Assembly (NCBI GenBank): GCA_963726455.1
Contig: CAVSCK010000004.1
Coordinates: 1,792,001 to 1,856,000 of the forward strand
DNA from: an uncultured bacterium
GTDB lineage: Bacteria > Zixibacteria > MSB-5A5 > CAIYYT01
Length of the DNA: 64,000 nt
Direction of reading: 5' to 3'
This document shows, piece after piece, positions 29,702 to 38,678 of this stretch (position 1 is its first letter; every line of letters starts with the position of its first letter). The notes under the pieces were generated by a model. The model saw only the letters and a program-made list of their open reading frames with translations, did not search any database and had not been told where the DNA came from. The position numbers and the translations under genes were made by a program.

Positions 29702-30714
29702 TGGCTGACCTACGACATTGCGTCGGCTCGCTGCTTGTCTGCGGATTTGCTGGAACCGACCTTCCGTCTGATTTTCGGACACAGCTCAAAGACAATTGCC
29801 TCGGCGGAATCATCCTGTTCGCCCGCAATTACACTTCGCGCGCGGCGCTTGCCCAATTAACGCAGCAGATTCAGCAGCTTTCCCCAACTCCCGTTCTGAT
29901 CGCCGTCGATCAGGAAGGCGGCAGAGTCGTTCGCTTCTCCGGAGATTTTCCCGTCTATCCATCACCGCAATATTTCGGACGTCGCCACGATATCGACGGA
30001 CTGCTCTTTGCCGCAGGCGAGACGGCAAAACAGCTCAAACAAGCCGGCGTCAATCTTAATCTGGTTCCGGTCTGCGACTTGTCTCCCGACAATTCAGCGC
30101 ATGTCATCTATTCACGCAGTTATTCCGCCGATCCCGAGGAAGTCTCCGAGATAGTCCGCGGACAGACTCATTCAATGCACCGGGAAGGCGTCTTGTCATG
30201 CGCTAAGCATTTCCCCGGTCTGGCATCGGCATTTGGTGATCCTCATGTCACCGTCTCCCAGTCGAACCAGTCGCTAAATGATTTTCGAAGCAGAGACTAC
30301 ATCCCCTTTCGAGCAGCAATTTCCGAAGTTGTCGATACCGTGATGGTTACCCACCTGAGAGCGCCGAAGATAGATCCTGATAACATAGCAACCTTCAGTC
30401 GCATCTTCATCGAACAGGAATTGCGCGAACACCTGGGTTTTGCAGGTCTCGTGATCTCCGATGATCTGCTTATGGCTGGCTCACTGGAAGGCATTACAGC
30501 TTCGCAAGCAGGAATAAAAGCTGTCACAGCCGGCTGTGACCTCTTGATTTATGGTGACCTATCGGATAATATCACTGAGACGATCGACTTGATCACCAGG
30601 GCTGCTGAAACTGATTCGGCGCTCGGCGATAAGATAGTCGACAGCAGCACGCGAATTGCGCAACTTAAACAGGATAAGATGACCAAAGGAGCAGAACCCC
30701 CTGAGTCAACTTAG
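29701..30714 (+). CDS. nagZ: Beta-N-acetylhexosaminidase (GH3)
   Basis: GGIILFARN, AVDQEGGRVVR, KHFPGL...GDPH, VISDDLLM. Confidence 0.88.
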   Translation: MADLRHCVGSLLVCGFAGTDLPSDFRTQLKDNCLGGIILFARNYTSRAALAQLTQQIQQLSPTPVLIAVDQEGGRVVRFSGDFPVYPSPQYFGRRHDIDGLLFAAGETAKQLKQAGVNLNLVPVCDLSPDNSAHVIYSRSYSADPEEVSEIVRGQTHSMHREGVLSCAKHFPGLASAFGDPHVTVSQSNQSLNDFRSRDYIPFRAAISEVVDTVMVTHLRAPKIDPDNIATFSRIFIEQELREHLGFAGLVISDDLLMAGSLEGITASQAGIKAVTAGCDLLIYGDLSDNITETIDLITRAAETDSALGDKIVDSSTRIAQLKQDKMTKGAEPPEST

Positions 30715-30721
30715 TAATGTA

Positions 30722-31867
30722 ATGAACAAGACCGTGCGCCGGACCGTCGGCCTCATGTCCGGCACTTCGGCGGACGGACTCGATGTGGCAATCTGCGAGG
30801 TTGATATCGAACGTCACTCCCTGCGCAATCTGCACTCGCAAACATTTCCTTACTCTGACATTCTGCGAAGCCGATTGCTGGAAATCGCCCGGCTGGGCCA
30901 TGCTGATTTGCACGAGCTTATCCTGCTGTCGAATCATCTGGGTCAGTTCTACGCGCGCTGCATAGAAGAGGCCTGCATCACCGAAGGTATCCCTCTTACC
31001 TCGATTGACCTTGTCGGTTCGCACGGTCAAACAGTTGCCCATCTGTCGCAACCGGAAGAGCTATTCGGCAAATTGTATCGGGGCACTCTGCAAATCGGCG
31101 AAGCCGAAGTCCTGGCTAAAACACTGGGAACCGCAACAGTATCAGATTTTCGCCCGGCTGACGTGGCGGTCGCGGGCTCAGGAGCGCCGCTGGTGCCGAT
31201 CTATCATCAATCTCGTTTCGCCAAACCGAATTCGCTGCTTGTGATCGTGAACATCGGAGGGATTGCCAACATCACCGTTCTTGACGGAGATTCGCGAATC
31301 TACGGAACCGATACGGGTCCCGGAAACTGTCTCATTGATAGTTGCGTGCGTCTGTTCTTCGACAAGCCATACGACGACAAGGGACAGATCGCGTTGTCAG
31401 GAAAAGTCGACTGCGAATTGCTGTCAGCATTGTCCACAGATGAGCTTTTCGCCCGCGCTCTTCCGTTATCGTATGACCGCAAGGAGATGCTCGAGTTGGG
31501 AAACCGCCATCACTTATATGGCGCCGCCGGGAAACTCGGCAAAGAAAGTGTGATAGCCACAGTAACACATCTGACCGTAGCGACTATCGGCAAGGCAATT
31601 TCGACCATCGTCGATCGTTGCGCTCCGGACAAACTTCTGGTCTGTGGAGGTGGAGTGTACAACGAATACATCATGTCGGCTTTGCGAAAGACAGTCGGCA
31701 ACAATTCCGTTTCGTCAACTGCGGAATATGGCTCCAATCCCGAATTTGTCGAGGCGGAAGCTTTCGCCTACCTCGCCAATCTCGCACTCAACGGGGAAAC
31801 CGGCAATGTTCCCGCAGCAACCGGTGCATCACGTAAAGCAGTGTTAGGAAAAATCTCGCAACCATGA
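30722..31867 (+). CDS. anmK: Anhydro-N-acetylmuramic acid kinase
   Basis: GLMSGTSADGLD, GSHGQTV, SDFRPAD..GAPLVP, NIGGIAN, DTGPGN, CGGG, EAEAFA. Confidence 0.95.
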   Translation: MNKTVRRTVGLMSGTSADGLDVAICEVDIERHSLRNLHSQTFPYSDILRSRLLEIARLGHADLHELILLSNHLGQFYARCIEEACITEGIPLTSIDLVGSHGQTVAHLSQPEELFGKLYRGTLQIGEAEVLAKTLGTATVSDFRPADVAVAGSGAPLVPIYHQSRFAKPNSLLVIVNIGGIANITVLDGDSRIYGTDTGPGNCLIDSCVRLFFDKPYDDKGQIALSGKVDCELLSALSTDELFARALPLSYDRKEMLELGNRHHLYGAAGKLGKESVIATVTHLTVATIGKAISTIVDRCAPDKLLVCGGGVYNEYIMSALRKTVGNNSVSSTAEYGSNPEFVEAEAFAYLANLALNGETGNVPAATGASRKAVLGKISQP

Positions 31868-33111
31868 AGCGCACTCTCGCACTCACAACCATCGCAGCCC
31901 TGCTCCTCGTGTGTGGCTGCGCTCACCTGGAATATGCGCTTCGACAACAGGGATTGGAAGGACTCAAGCGCCCCTGGATGCGCGTCCGCGTCATGCAGGG
32001 CGTCGAAGTTATGAAGGTCAGCGCCAAGGGTACTTTCGTCGTCAGATCGTGGGATCGCAATAACGAGCGCTCAGCGTATTTTTCCGCTTCGCCTGTAACT
32101 GTTAAGGCAGCGCAGGGCGGACTGACTTTACTCGACCAAAATGGTAACGTGCTCGAACAACATCTTAAGAAAGTTACGGTAGCCGCCGCCAAGAAGACCT
32201 GGCTCTATCTTAACGATCATATGTTCCGAGGGATTTTCGAATTCCACCCCGTTGCCCACGACACCTTCTACACGGTCAATATCCTGAATATGGAGGACTA
32301 TCTGCGCGGCGTCCTGCAGCCGGAAATCGGCAATCGCACCAATGACGAATTCGAAGCCGTAAAGGCACAGGCCGTGGCCGCCAGGACTTACGCGTTCGTA
32401 ACGAGAAACAAATATCCCGATCGTGAGTACGACCTTATCAATGACATTGTCGATCAGGTCTATATCGGCGTCGCCGGCGAACAGAACATCACCAATCGAG
32501 CTGTCAAACAGACACGCGGAGAAGTATTGACATATGGAGACAGTCTCATCGATGCCTATTATCACTCGACTTGTGCCGGACATACCGACAATATCGAGGA
32601 CGTCTGGGAGAAGGGCGCCCGCCCCTATTTGATCGGTGTCGACGATGACGAATTCTGCAAATGGTCGAAATACTACGAGTGGGTCGAGCAATTTTCCGTG
32701 AGCGAATTTCTCGGTCACGTTCGCACCTACCTGCGAACTACCAACGGCGAAGCCCACAAGATCGGCGAGACTTTAGCTGATGCCACCCTGGGCGACCGCA
32801 CGCCGGGCAACCGCCTGAAGTCTATTACGATCACTACTAATAAAGGCAGCGTCGTTCTGCTCCGAGACCAGATTCGTTGGGCGATCGGCCGGCATGACAA
32901 ACCCGGTATTCTGCCGTCCACTAATTTCCAGATATTTCTTGATCGTGACTCCAATAACGTCCTGCAAACAGTTCGCATAACCGGCAACGGCTATGGACAT
33001 GGCGTCGGAATGTGCCAGTGCGGGGCCATCGGCCGGGCGCGGGCGGGCGCAGATTACCGGCAAATCCTAACTCATTACTATACCGGCGTTAGCATACAAA
33101 AGCTGTATTGA
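31864..33111 (+). CDS. SpoIID/LytB domain lipoprotein (lytic transglycosylase-like)
   Basis: Lipobox VCGC; EDYLRGV..EI, EAVKAQAVAARTYA, DQVY, GYGHGVGMCQ.GA. Confidence 0.9.
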   Translation: MKRTLALTTIAALLLVCGCAHLEYALRQQGLEGLKRPWMRVRVMQGVEVMKVSAKGTFVVRSWDRNNERSAYFSASPVTVKAAQGGLTLLDQNGNVLEQHLKKVTVAAAKKTWLYLNDHMFRGIFEFHPVAHDTFYTVNILNMEDYLRGVLQPEIGNRTNDEFEAVKAQAVAARTYAFVTRNKYPDREYDLINDIVDQVYIGVAGEQNITNRAVKQTRGEVLTYGDSLIDAYYHSTCAGHTDNIEDVWEKGARPYLIGVDDDEFCKWSKYYEWVEQFSVSEFLGHVRTYLRTTNGEAHKIGETLADATLGDRTPGNRLKSITITTNKGSVVLLRDQIRWAIGRHDKPGILPSTNFQIFLDRDSNNVLQTVRITGNGYGHGVGMCQCGAIGRARAGADYRQILTHYYTGVSIQKLY

Positions 33112-33144
33112 GAGCGCCTCTTCAGGCCGATATCTATAATAGAT

Positions 33145-34734
33145 ATGGGCCAAAATCGTTTCTTTCTTTTCACATTGGCATTCGTTGTCACAATTGCCTT
33201 GGCTACTGCCCAGGCCGGCATCAAGGATCGCCCCTATTCGATCTACTTTGTCTTTGGGGGCGCACAACCGGTCCTGAACAATACCGGTCAAATGTGGTTG
33301 TTGTCGCCACAGTACGGCGGCAACCTTCAGTACATGCTGTCGCAACAAACCGGGATCGTCGCCACATTCCGATACACCAATGTTAACAATGACTCGCTCG
33401 GCACTCCCAGCTTGCGCACCGGTCTCGAACGGGCCAACCGCAAATGGTCAATCACTTCCCTGTCCGTCGGTCCCAAATTCTACCTTCATCGCCGCAAGGG
33501 ACTCGCGCCTTATCTGGTCATGACTGCGGATGCCATCAGTTGGAACGTTGTCAATCGGGCAAACAATCAGGCAGTACTGGTTACCAGTCTCGACGGTGGC
33601 ACGACTTCTTATTCGGCCTGGGAGTTGGGCGGAACTGGAGGCCTCGGCCTCGAAAAGCTATTCGGCCAAAGAGTCGGGTTCAGCATCGAAGCGGACTTCT
33701 CATATCTCACGGGAGTCAACACGAATTTTGCACCATCAGTAGTGAACTCACGCTCGCGCGGCGTGCTGCAGATCGTAGCCGCTCTGTCCGTACATTTCGG
33801 CGGCAAGTCAAAGCGATTGCTGGGCAGGTTCGAAGAAGAAAACAGATTCATGCCCCCTGCCTATGCCCATCATATTTATCGTGGCGAGATTGACCGCGTT
33901 ACCGCCGATACCGTCTTCATCGACGAAGCCCGCGTCATCAGCAACAGGCCATTCGTGCCCATCACCGGCGGCAATACTTCTCCCGAACAGGACGGTGATC
34001 GTGACGGCGTTGTTGACCGCGTCGACAAATGCCCCGACACTCCGATCGGCGCGTTTGTTGACTCCACTGGCTGCCCGAACGATAGCGACCGCGACGGAGT
34101 CTTTGACGGCATCGATGAATGTCCAAGCACCCCCACGGAGGCCATCCGTTTTGTCGATCAGTCGGGCTGCCCTATCGATTTTGACAATGACGAAGTTCCG
34201 GACTATCTCGATGACTGCCCCGACACTCCCTTTGGCGCAACTGTCGATTCCAGGGGATGCCCCGTCGATGGCGACAAAGATGGAGTCTCCGACGGAGTCG
34301 ATCTGTGCCCGGATACGCCTCTTGGCGTTCCCATCGACAACAAGGGTTGTCCCGATATGGCGAGCATGTTTTATACGCGCATATTGCGTCCGACTTACGC
34401 CGAAGGCAAAACGATCCTCACCGGCGACGTTCTCGCTTCACTGGATTCGGTCGCGCGCTACCTGCAATCCTTCCCGGACGTCTCCGGCAACATATCCGGT
34501 TATACCGAGGATGCCGGTCCAGCCGAGGAGAATCGCCAGATTTCGTGGAAACGCGCCGAAGCGATCAAACAGTTTCTGGTTGCCAAAGGTGTGGCCGCCG
34601 TCAGACTCCAGGCTATCGGCTACGGCGAAGCGCATTCAATCGACACCAACCGCACGCTAACGGGCAGTGAGCGTAACCGCCGCATCGAAATTGAATTCAA
34701 TTATCCGTGGAATTTCGAACGTCACCTGCGATAA
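33145..34734 (+). CDS. OmpA-family protein: beta-barrel, thrombospondin type-3 repeats, OmpA C-terminal domain
   Basis: Signal peptide; DxDxDGVxDxxDxCP-type repeats; ISWKRAEAIKQFL, GYGE, RNRRIEI. Confidence 0.88.
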   Translation: MGQNRFFLFTLAFVVTIALATAQAGIKDRPYSIYFVFGGAQPVLNNTGQMWLLSPQYGGNLQYMLSQQTGIVATFRYTNVNNDSLGTPSLRTGLERANRKWSITSLSVGPKFYLHRRKGLAPYLVMTADAISWNVVNRANNQAVLVTSLDGGTTSYSAWELGGTGGLGLEKLFGQRVGFSIEADFSYLTGVNTNFAPSVVNSRSRGVLQIVAALSVHFGGKSKRLLGRFEEENRFMPPAYAHHIYRGEIDRVTADTVFIDEARVISNRPFVPITGGNTSPEQDGDRDGVVDRVDKCPDTPIGAFVDSTGCPNDSDRDGVFDGIDECPSTPTEAIRFVDQSGCPIDFDNDEVPDYLDDCPDTPFGATVDSRGCPVDGDKDGVSDGVDLCPDTPLGVPIDNKGCPDMASMFYTRILRPTYAEGKTILTGDVLASLDSVARYLQSFPDVSGNISGYTEDAGPAEENRQISWKRAEAIKQFLVAKGVAAVRLQAIGYGEAHSIDTNRTLTGSERNRRIEIEFNYPWNFERHLR

Positions 34735-34746
34735 AAACATATCCAA

Positions 34747-34775
34747 AATAAAAAGGCAGGTCGCGGGACCTGCCT
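34747..34775 (-). terminator. Intrinsic terminator between the convergent ompA-like and ppiD genes
   Basis: AGGCAGGTC-GCGG-GACCTGCCT preceded by an A-run (U-tract on the minus strand). Confidence 0.7.
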
Positions 34776-34800
34776 CACATGTCTATTATCTGGAATACGA

Positions 34801-36624
34801 CTACATCTGGTCGCCGAAATGATCTTTGCGATAATCCTTGACCTGAGACTGGTCGCGGACTTTGGTAAACCACTGATCCCATAAAGCATTCTGTTCGGTG
34901 GACACGTCCTGCGTTCTCAGTGTGTCGCGTTGAGCTGCAAAGCCGTCAAGACTGGCAGCCAGTTTCTCTTTGAATTCCATAACGGCTGCGCCCGACTGCG
35001 TCACCACTGGTTTTGAATACCGATTTGCTGCCGACAGAGAGAAAGCGGAGCCGATAAAATTCGGGTCCTGGCCGATATTCGCAATGCGTCCGGACCTCGC
35101 GAAGAAGCCCGATTCCGCAAAAGTGGCTCCCTGTGCCTTCGCGGCATCAGCCAACGTAGTACCGCCCATCACGGCGTTATAAATCACTTCGGCGCGAGCA
35201 TACGCCATCTTCTTCTGCTGTTCGGTCTTGAGGTTACGTTCGATCAGGGAAGCGACTTCGTCAAGCGTTGAGGTTCCGGCCGGGACCATGCGTTCGGTGC
35301 GGAAAACATAGAACGCGTCCGGACGGTCATAGACTTGCGAAAATGAACCCGGATTGGATTCAAAGATGAATTTCTCAAGGTCGGGATCTTTGCCGATTCC
35401 GCTTACGCCGCCGCCGTGGAATAGGCGGCGCTGCGTCTCTTCCGTCAGATTATACTGCTTCAAAAGCGCTGAGTAATTGCCCTGGTTTACCTCATCACGG
35501 AAACTCTGTACCCGCTGTCTTTCGGCATCTACTGTCTCCGGAGATGGACTAACCTTAATCAAAATGTGGGCCGCATTGACTTCTTCCTTGCCGTTGGTCA
35601 TGCGCGAGCCCTTGCGGTACATCATGTGGTAGCCAAATTGAGTCTTGATCGGGCCCGCGATTGTGCTGTCCTTCATCGAGAAAATTGCACTGTCAAACGG
35701 AGCTACCATCTGGCCGCGGCCAAACCACCCCAAATCGCCGCCGTTGTCCTTGCCCGAAGGATCCTGCGTCTTCTCAGCCGCAAGTGTCGCGAAATCCGCG
35801 CCCTTGTCCAGTTGATCCTTTATTGAATTGATCTCCGCCAGCGCGGTGGCATTATCAGATTCTGACGGCGATTTGGCCGCCTTAATGACCGTGTAATATG
35901 CCTGCTCCTGCGCCTTGAACTCGTCCAAATGGCTGTTGTAATATGCCTCAACCTGTGAACGGTCAATCTTGATGGCCGTGATGTCGAAGAGACTCAACGG
36001 CACCAATGCATAGTCGACTTTGATGCGCTCGTTGTCGCGCAGGTACTTCTCCTGCAACTCAGCGTCACTAACGCGAACCATGCTGCCGATATATTCCTGC
36101 AGTTTGAAAGTCGACAACTGTCCGCGCATCATCGCTTCCACCTGTGCCCACAGTTGGGCAAACTGCGGATCGCTCATCGCAGCCAGGTATTTCTGATAGT
36201 CGAACTTGCCGTTGGTCTGGAACTGCTGCACCTGCTGGACTTGTTGCGGCGGATAGCGTCTGATGAAATCGACCAGTTCAGGATCGGTAAGCTTGAGCTG
36301 TCTCTTGTCTATTTCTTTTTGTTGAATCAGCGAAACGACAAAATCGTTCCAAATCTGTTGGCGCGCCTGACGATAATCAGCTTCCGTAAAGTCCTTCTCT
36401 GGATTCTTCTGTCTTTCGTTCTCGACGTACTGATCAGTCGCCTGGTTAAAGTTCGTCAACGGAATGTCCTTGCCGTCCACGGAACCGACTACGTTCGACG
36501 GCGCCTTACCTCCACCGCGCGTACCCGTAATATCTGCGCCCCAGGCAAAGATGATTGTGCCAATGAAGGCGATTACAATTACCCAAATGATAATCTTAGT
36601 GTTATTGCGCAAAACCTGCATCAT
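34801..36624 (-). CDS. ppiD: PpiD-like peptidylprolyl isomerase (SurA N-terminal plus parvulin domain)
   Basis: N-terminal TM anchor; DFATLAAEKTQDP..NGGDLGWF.RGQMVAPFD, KTQFGYH. Confidence 0.85.
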   Translation of the reverse strand: MMQVLRNNTKIIIWVIVIAFIGTIIFAWGADITGTRGGGKAPSNVVGSVDGKDIPLTNFNQATDQYVENERQKNPEKDFTEADYRQARQQIWNDFVVSLIQQKEIDKRQLKLTDPELVDFIRRYPPQQVQQVQQFQTNGKFDYQKYLAAMSDPQFAQLWAQVEAMMRGQLSTFKLQEYIGSMVRVSDAELQEKYLRDNERIKVDYALVPLSLFDITAIKIDRSQVEAYYNSHLDEFKAQEQAYYTVIKAAKSPSESDNATALAEINSIKDQLDKGADFATLAAEKTQDPSGKDNGGDLGWFGRGQMVAPFDSAIFSMKDSTIAGPIKTQFGYHMMYRKGSRMTNGKEEVNAAHILIKVSPSPETVDAERQRVQSFRDEVNQGNYSALLKQYNLTEETQRRLFHGGGVSGIGKDPDLEKFIFESNPGSFSQVYDRPDAFYVFRTERMVPAGTSTLDEVASLIERNLKTEQQKKMAYARAEVIYNAVMGGTTLADAAKAQGATFAESGFFARSGRIANIGQDPNFIGSAFSLSAANRYSKPVVTQSGAAVMEFKEKLAASLDGFAAQRDTLRTQDVSTEQNALWDQWFTKVRDQSQVKDYRKDHFGDQM

Positions 36625-36903
36625 AAGACTTGTCTTCCTCCAAGAATCAACGCCAAAGTCTTACAATATATCAAAAAGCCCGGCCCCGACAAGGAAAAAC
36701 TTGCAACAATATGTGATTCAAACGATTAGTGTAATCTCGGCCAACTCGAAGCGGGCATGACATGTCAACACGCCCTGACGTCACGTAAATCAGCATCTGA
36801 TAATCTTACAACTAATCGACTGGCCCGTTTCAGAATGGCCTGAGTCTTAAATGCCTGATCGCCTCGCCTGATTCGTCGAACTGCCGGCCAACTCAAGTGC
36901 GAT

Positions 36904-36932
36904 TTTCGACCAAATGACCAAATTGGTCGAAA
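36904..36932. promoter_or_regulatory. Nested palindrome, probable TetR operator
   Basis: TTTCGACCAA-N9-TTGGTCGAAA containing GACCAA-A-TTGGTC, 12 bp before the TetR start. Confidence 0.65.
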
Positions 36933-36944
36933 CGTACAAGAAAC

Positions 36945-37616
36945 GTGAAGGCATCTGATTCGACAGCGCAAAACACGCGGGCGCAAATTCTTGAGGCGGC
37001 AGAGCATCTGTTTGTCCGCTTCGGGTTCGCCAAAGTCACAATGGAAGAGATCGCGTCTGGCGCGGGGCTCGGGAAGGCGTCTCTCTACTACTACTTTCCC
37101 ACCAAGGACGATCTCTTTCGCGCAGTGGTAGAACCAAAGCACCGGATATTCGAACAGCGCGTCCAACAAATTCTCAAGAACGGTCACAAACCTGCGGACC
37201 AGATAGAGGCGTATGTCGACGCCCGATTTGACTTCTTCAAGGAATTGCTCGAGCTGAACGTCATTGATATCCAGTCTATGACCAAGGGCTCACCTTCATT
37301 GAGCGCAATCTTTCAGCGGTATGCCCGTCAGGAATTGTTATGGCTGCGTAAGTTGTTTAAAGGTGGGCGAACCGGTGATGAATTCGGGTTTCCTCCAAAT
37401 GCCAAAGTGCCGGAAACGCTGCTGCACGTCATGCAAGGGTTGCGGCTTCGATTCGTGCGCGAACATCAGAACACACGTCCCGGGTTTGCGGCGTTCGCGC
37501 AACTCAGGCGTGAAGTGAGGTTCGTGACCAGAACGTTCGTTGTCGGTCTTGGCAATGGAAGCTTCGACGGCGGGCGGGAGCGGGGGGAGACTAACAGAGT
37601 CCAGGGAGATGTGTAT
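36945..37616 (+). CDS. TetR/AcrR regulator; reads in frame into the downstream adaptor with no stop
   Basis: HTH GFAKVTMEEIASGAGLGKASLYYYFPTKDDLF. Confidence 0.85.
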
Positions 37617-38666
37617 ATGAAGACGCAAACAAAAATAGTCCTGCTACTAGTTCCGGTGCTGATCGTAGCCCTGGTCTATTTGCGGATTTCCGGCTCGGAA
37701 TCAGCCGGAACCGCACGCAAACAGGGGGCAATAATTGTAAAGGTCGATTTCCCCAGGCGGGAGACGATGACTCAAGTTCTACAATTGACCGGCGATGTCC
37801 TGCCGATTCAGCAGGCCATGGTCTATTCCCGTGTTCCGGGCACTCTGGAAAAGGTACTTGTCAACATGGGGGATCACGTTCGAGCCAATCAACTGCTCGC
37901 CAGTATTGACACGACCGAATTGGCTCAACAATACCGACAGGCACAGGCCACTTACGCCAATGATTCCATACTCTTTGAGCGGTCAAAGGCATTACTGCAA
38001 CAAAATCTGGCGACTCAGCAGGACTTTGACAATGCGGAAACCGCCTTTAAAGTCGCCCGATCGACCGCACAAACGGCAGAGACTCAACTGCAATATTCGC
38101 AGATCATGGCGCCGTTTTCTGGTTACGTGACCAGGCGATTTCTGGATCCGGGAGCTTTGGTCAATTCAAACAACCTGACGCTATTTACCGTGATGGATAT
38201 CGACTCCATCAAACTTCTCGTTAATGTGCTTGAAAAGGATGTTCCCCGAATCGGGGTCGGAACCAAGGCCGCCATCACCGTGGACGCTTACCCTGGGCGT
38301 GAATTCGTCGGCAGGATCGCCCGTATCGCGCAATCTCTTGATTTGTCGACGCGCACCATGCCCGTGGAAATTGATGTCCCGAACACGGATCTAATCTTGA
38401 AACCCGGCATGTTTGCCTCGGTGTCGTTAATCGTCAAGGAGCAGGACAATGCGCTCACAGTTCCGACCCAGGCCTTGCTGAAAGATACGACCGGCACTTT
38501 TGTTTTCGTCGCGAGTAAGGGTGTTGCGCGACGCACCACAGTTTCACCGGGGGTGGAACAGTCATCGCGCACCGAAATTCTCACCGGACTTGATGACAAA
38601 GACAGCGTAATCACGACGGGGCAGCAGTACATCCGGGACGGCGGGCCCATCAATATTCAGCCGTAG
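37617..38666 (+). CDS. RND efflux periplasmic adaptor (membrane fusion protein)
   Basis: Own GGAG RBS and ATG; TM anchor; SRVPGTLEKVLVNMGD, IMAPFSGYV, LKPGMFA. Confidence 0.9.
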   Translation: MKTQTKIVLLLVPVLIVALVYLRISGSESAGTARKQGAIIVKVDFPRRETMTQVLQLTGDVLPIQQAMVYSRVPGTLEKVLVNMGDHVRANQLLASIDTTELAQQYRQAQATYANDSILFERSKALLQQNLATQQDFDNAETAFKVARSTAQTAETQLQYSQIMAPFSGYVTRRFLDPGALVNSNNLTLFTVMDIDSIKLLVNVLEKDVPRIGVGTKAAITVDAYPGREFVGRIARIAQSLDLSTRTMPVEIDVPNTDLILKPGMFASVSLIVKEQDNALTVPTQALLKDTTGTFVFVASKGVARRTTVSPGVEQSSRTEILTGLDDKDSVITTGQQYIRDGGPINIQP

Positions 38667-38678
38667 GCGAAATCAAGT

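Noticed and set aside
33863-34660. 265-aa alternative-frame ORF, and similar Arg/Ser/Pro-rich overlapping ORFs elsewhere
   Set aside because: Off-frame shadows of well-supported genes in GC-rich sequence
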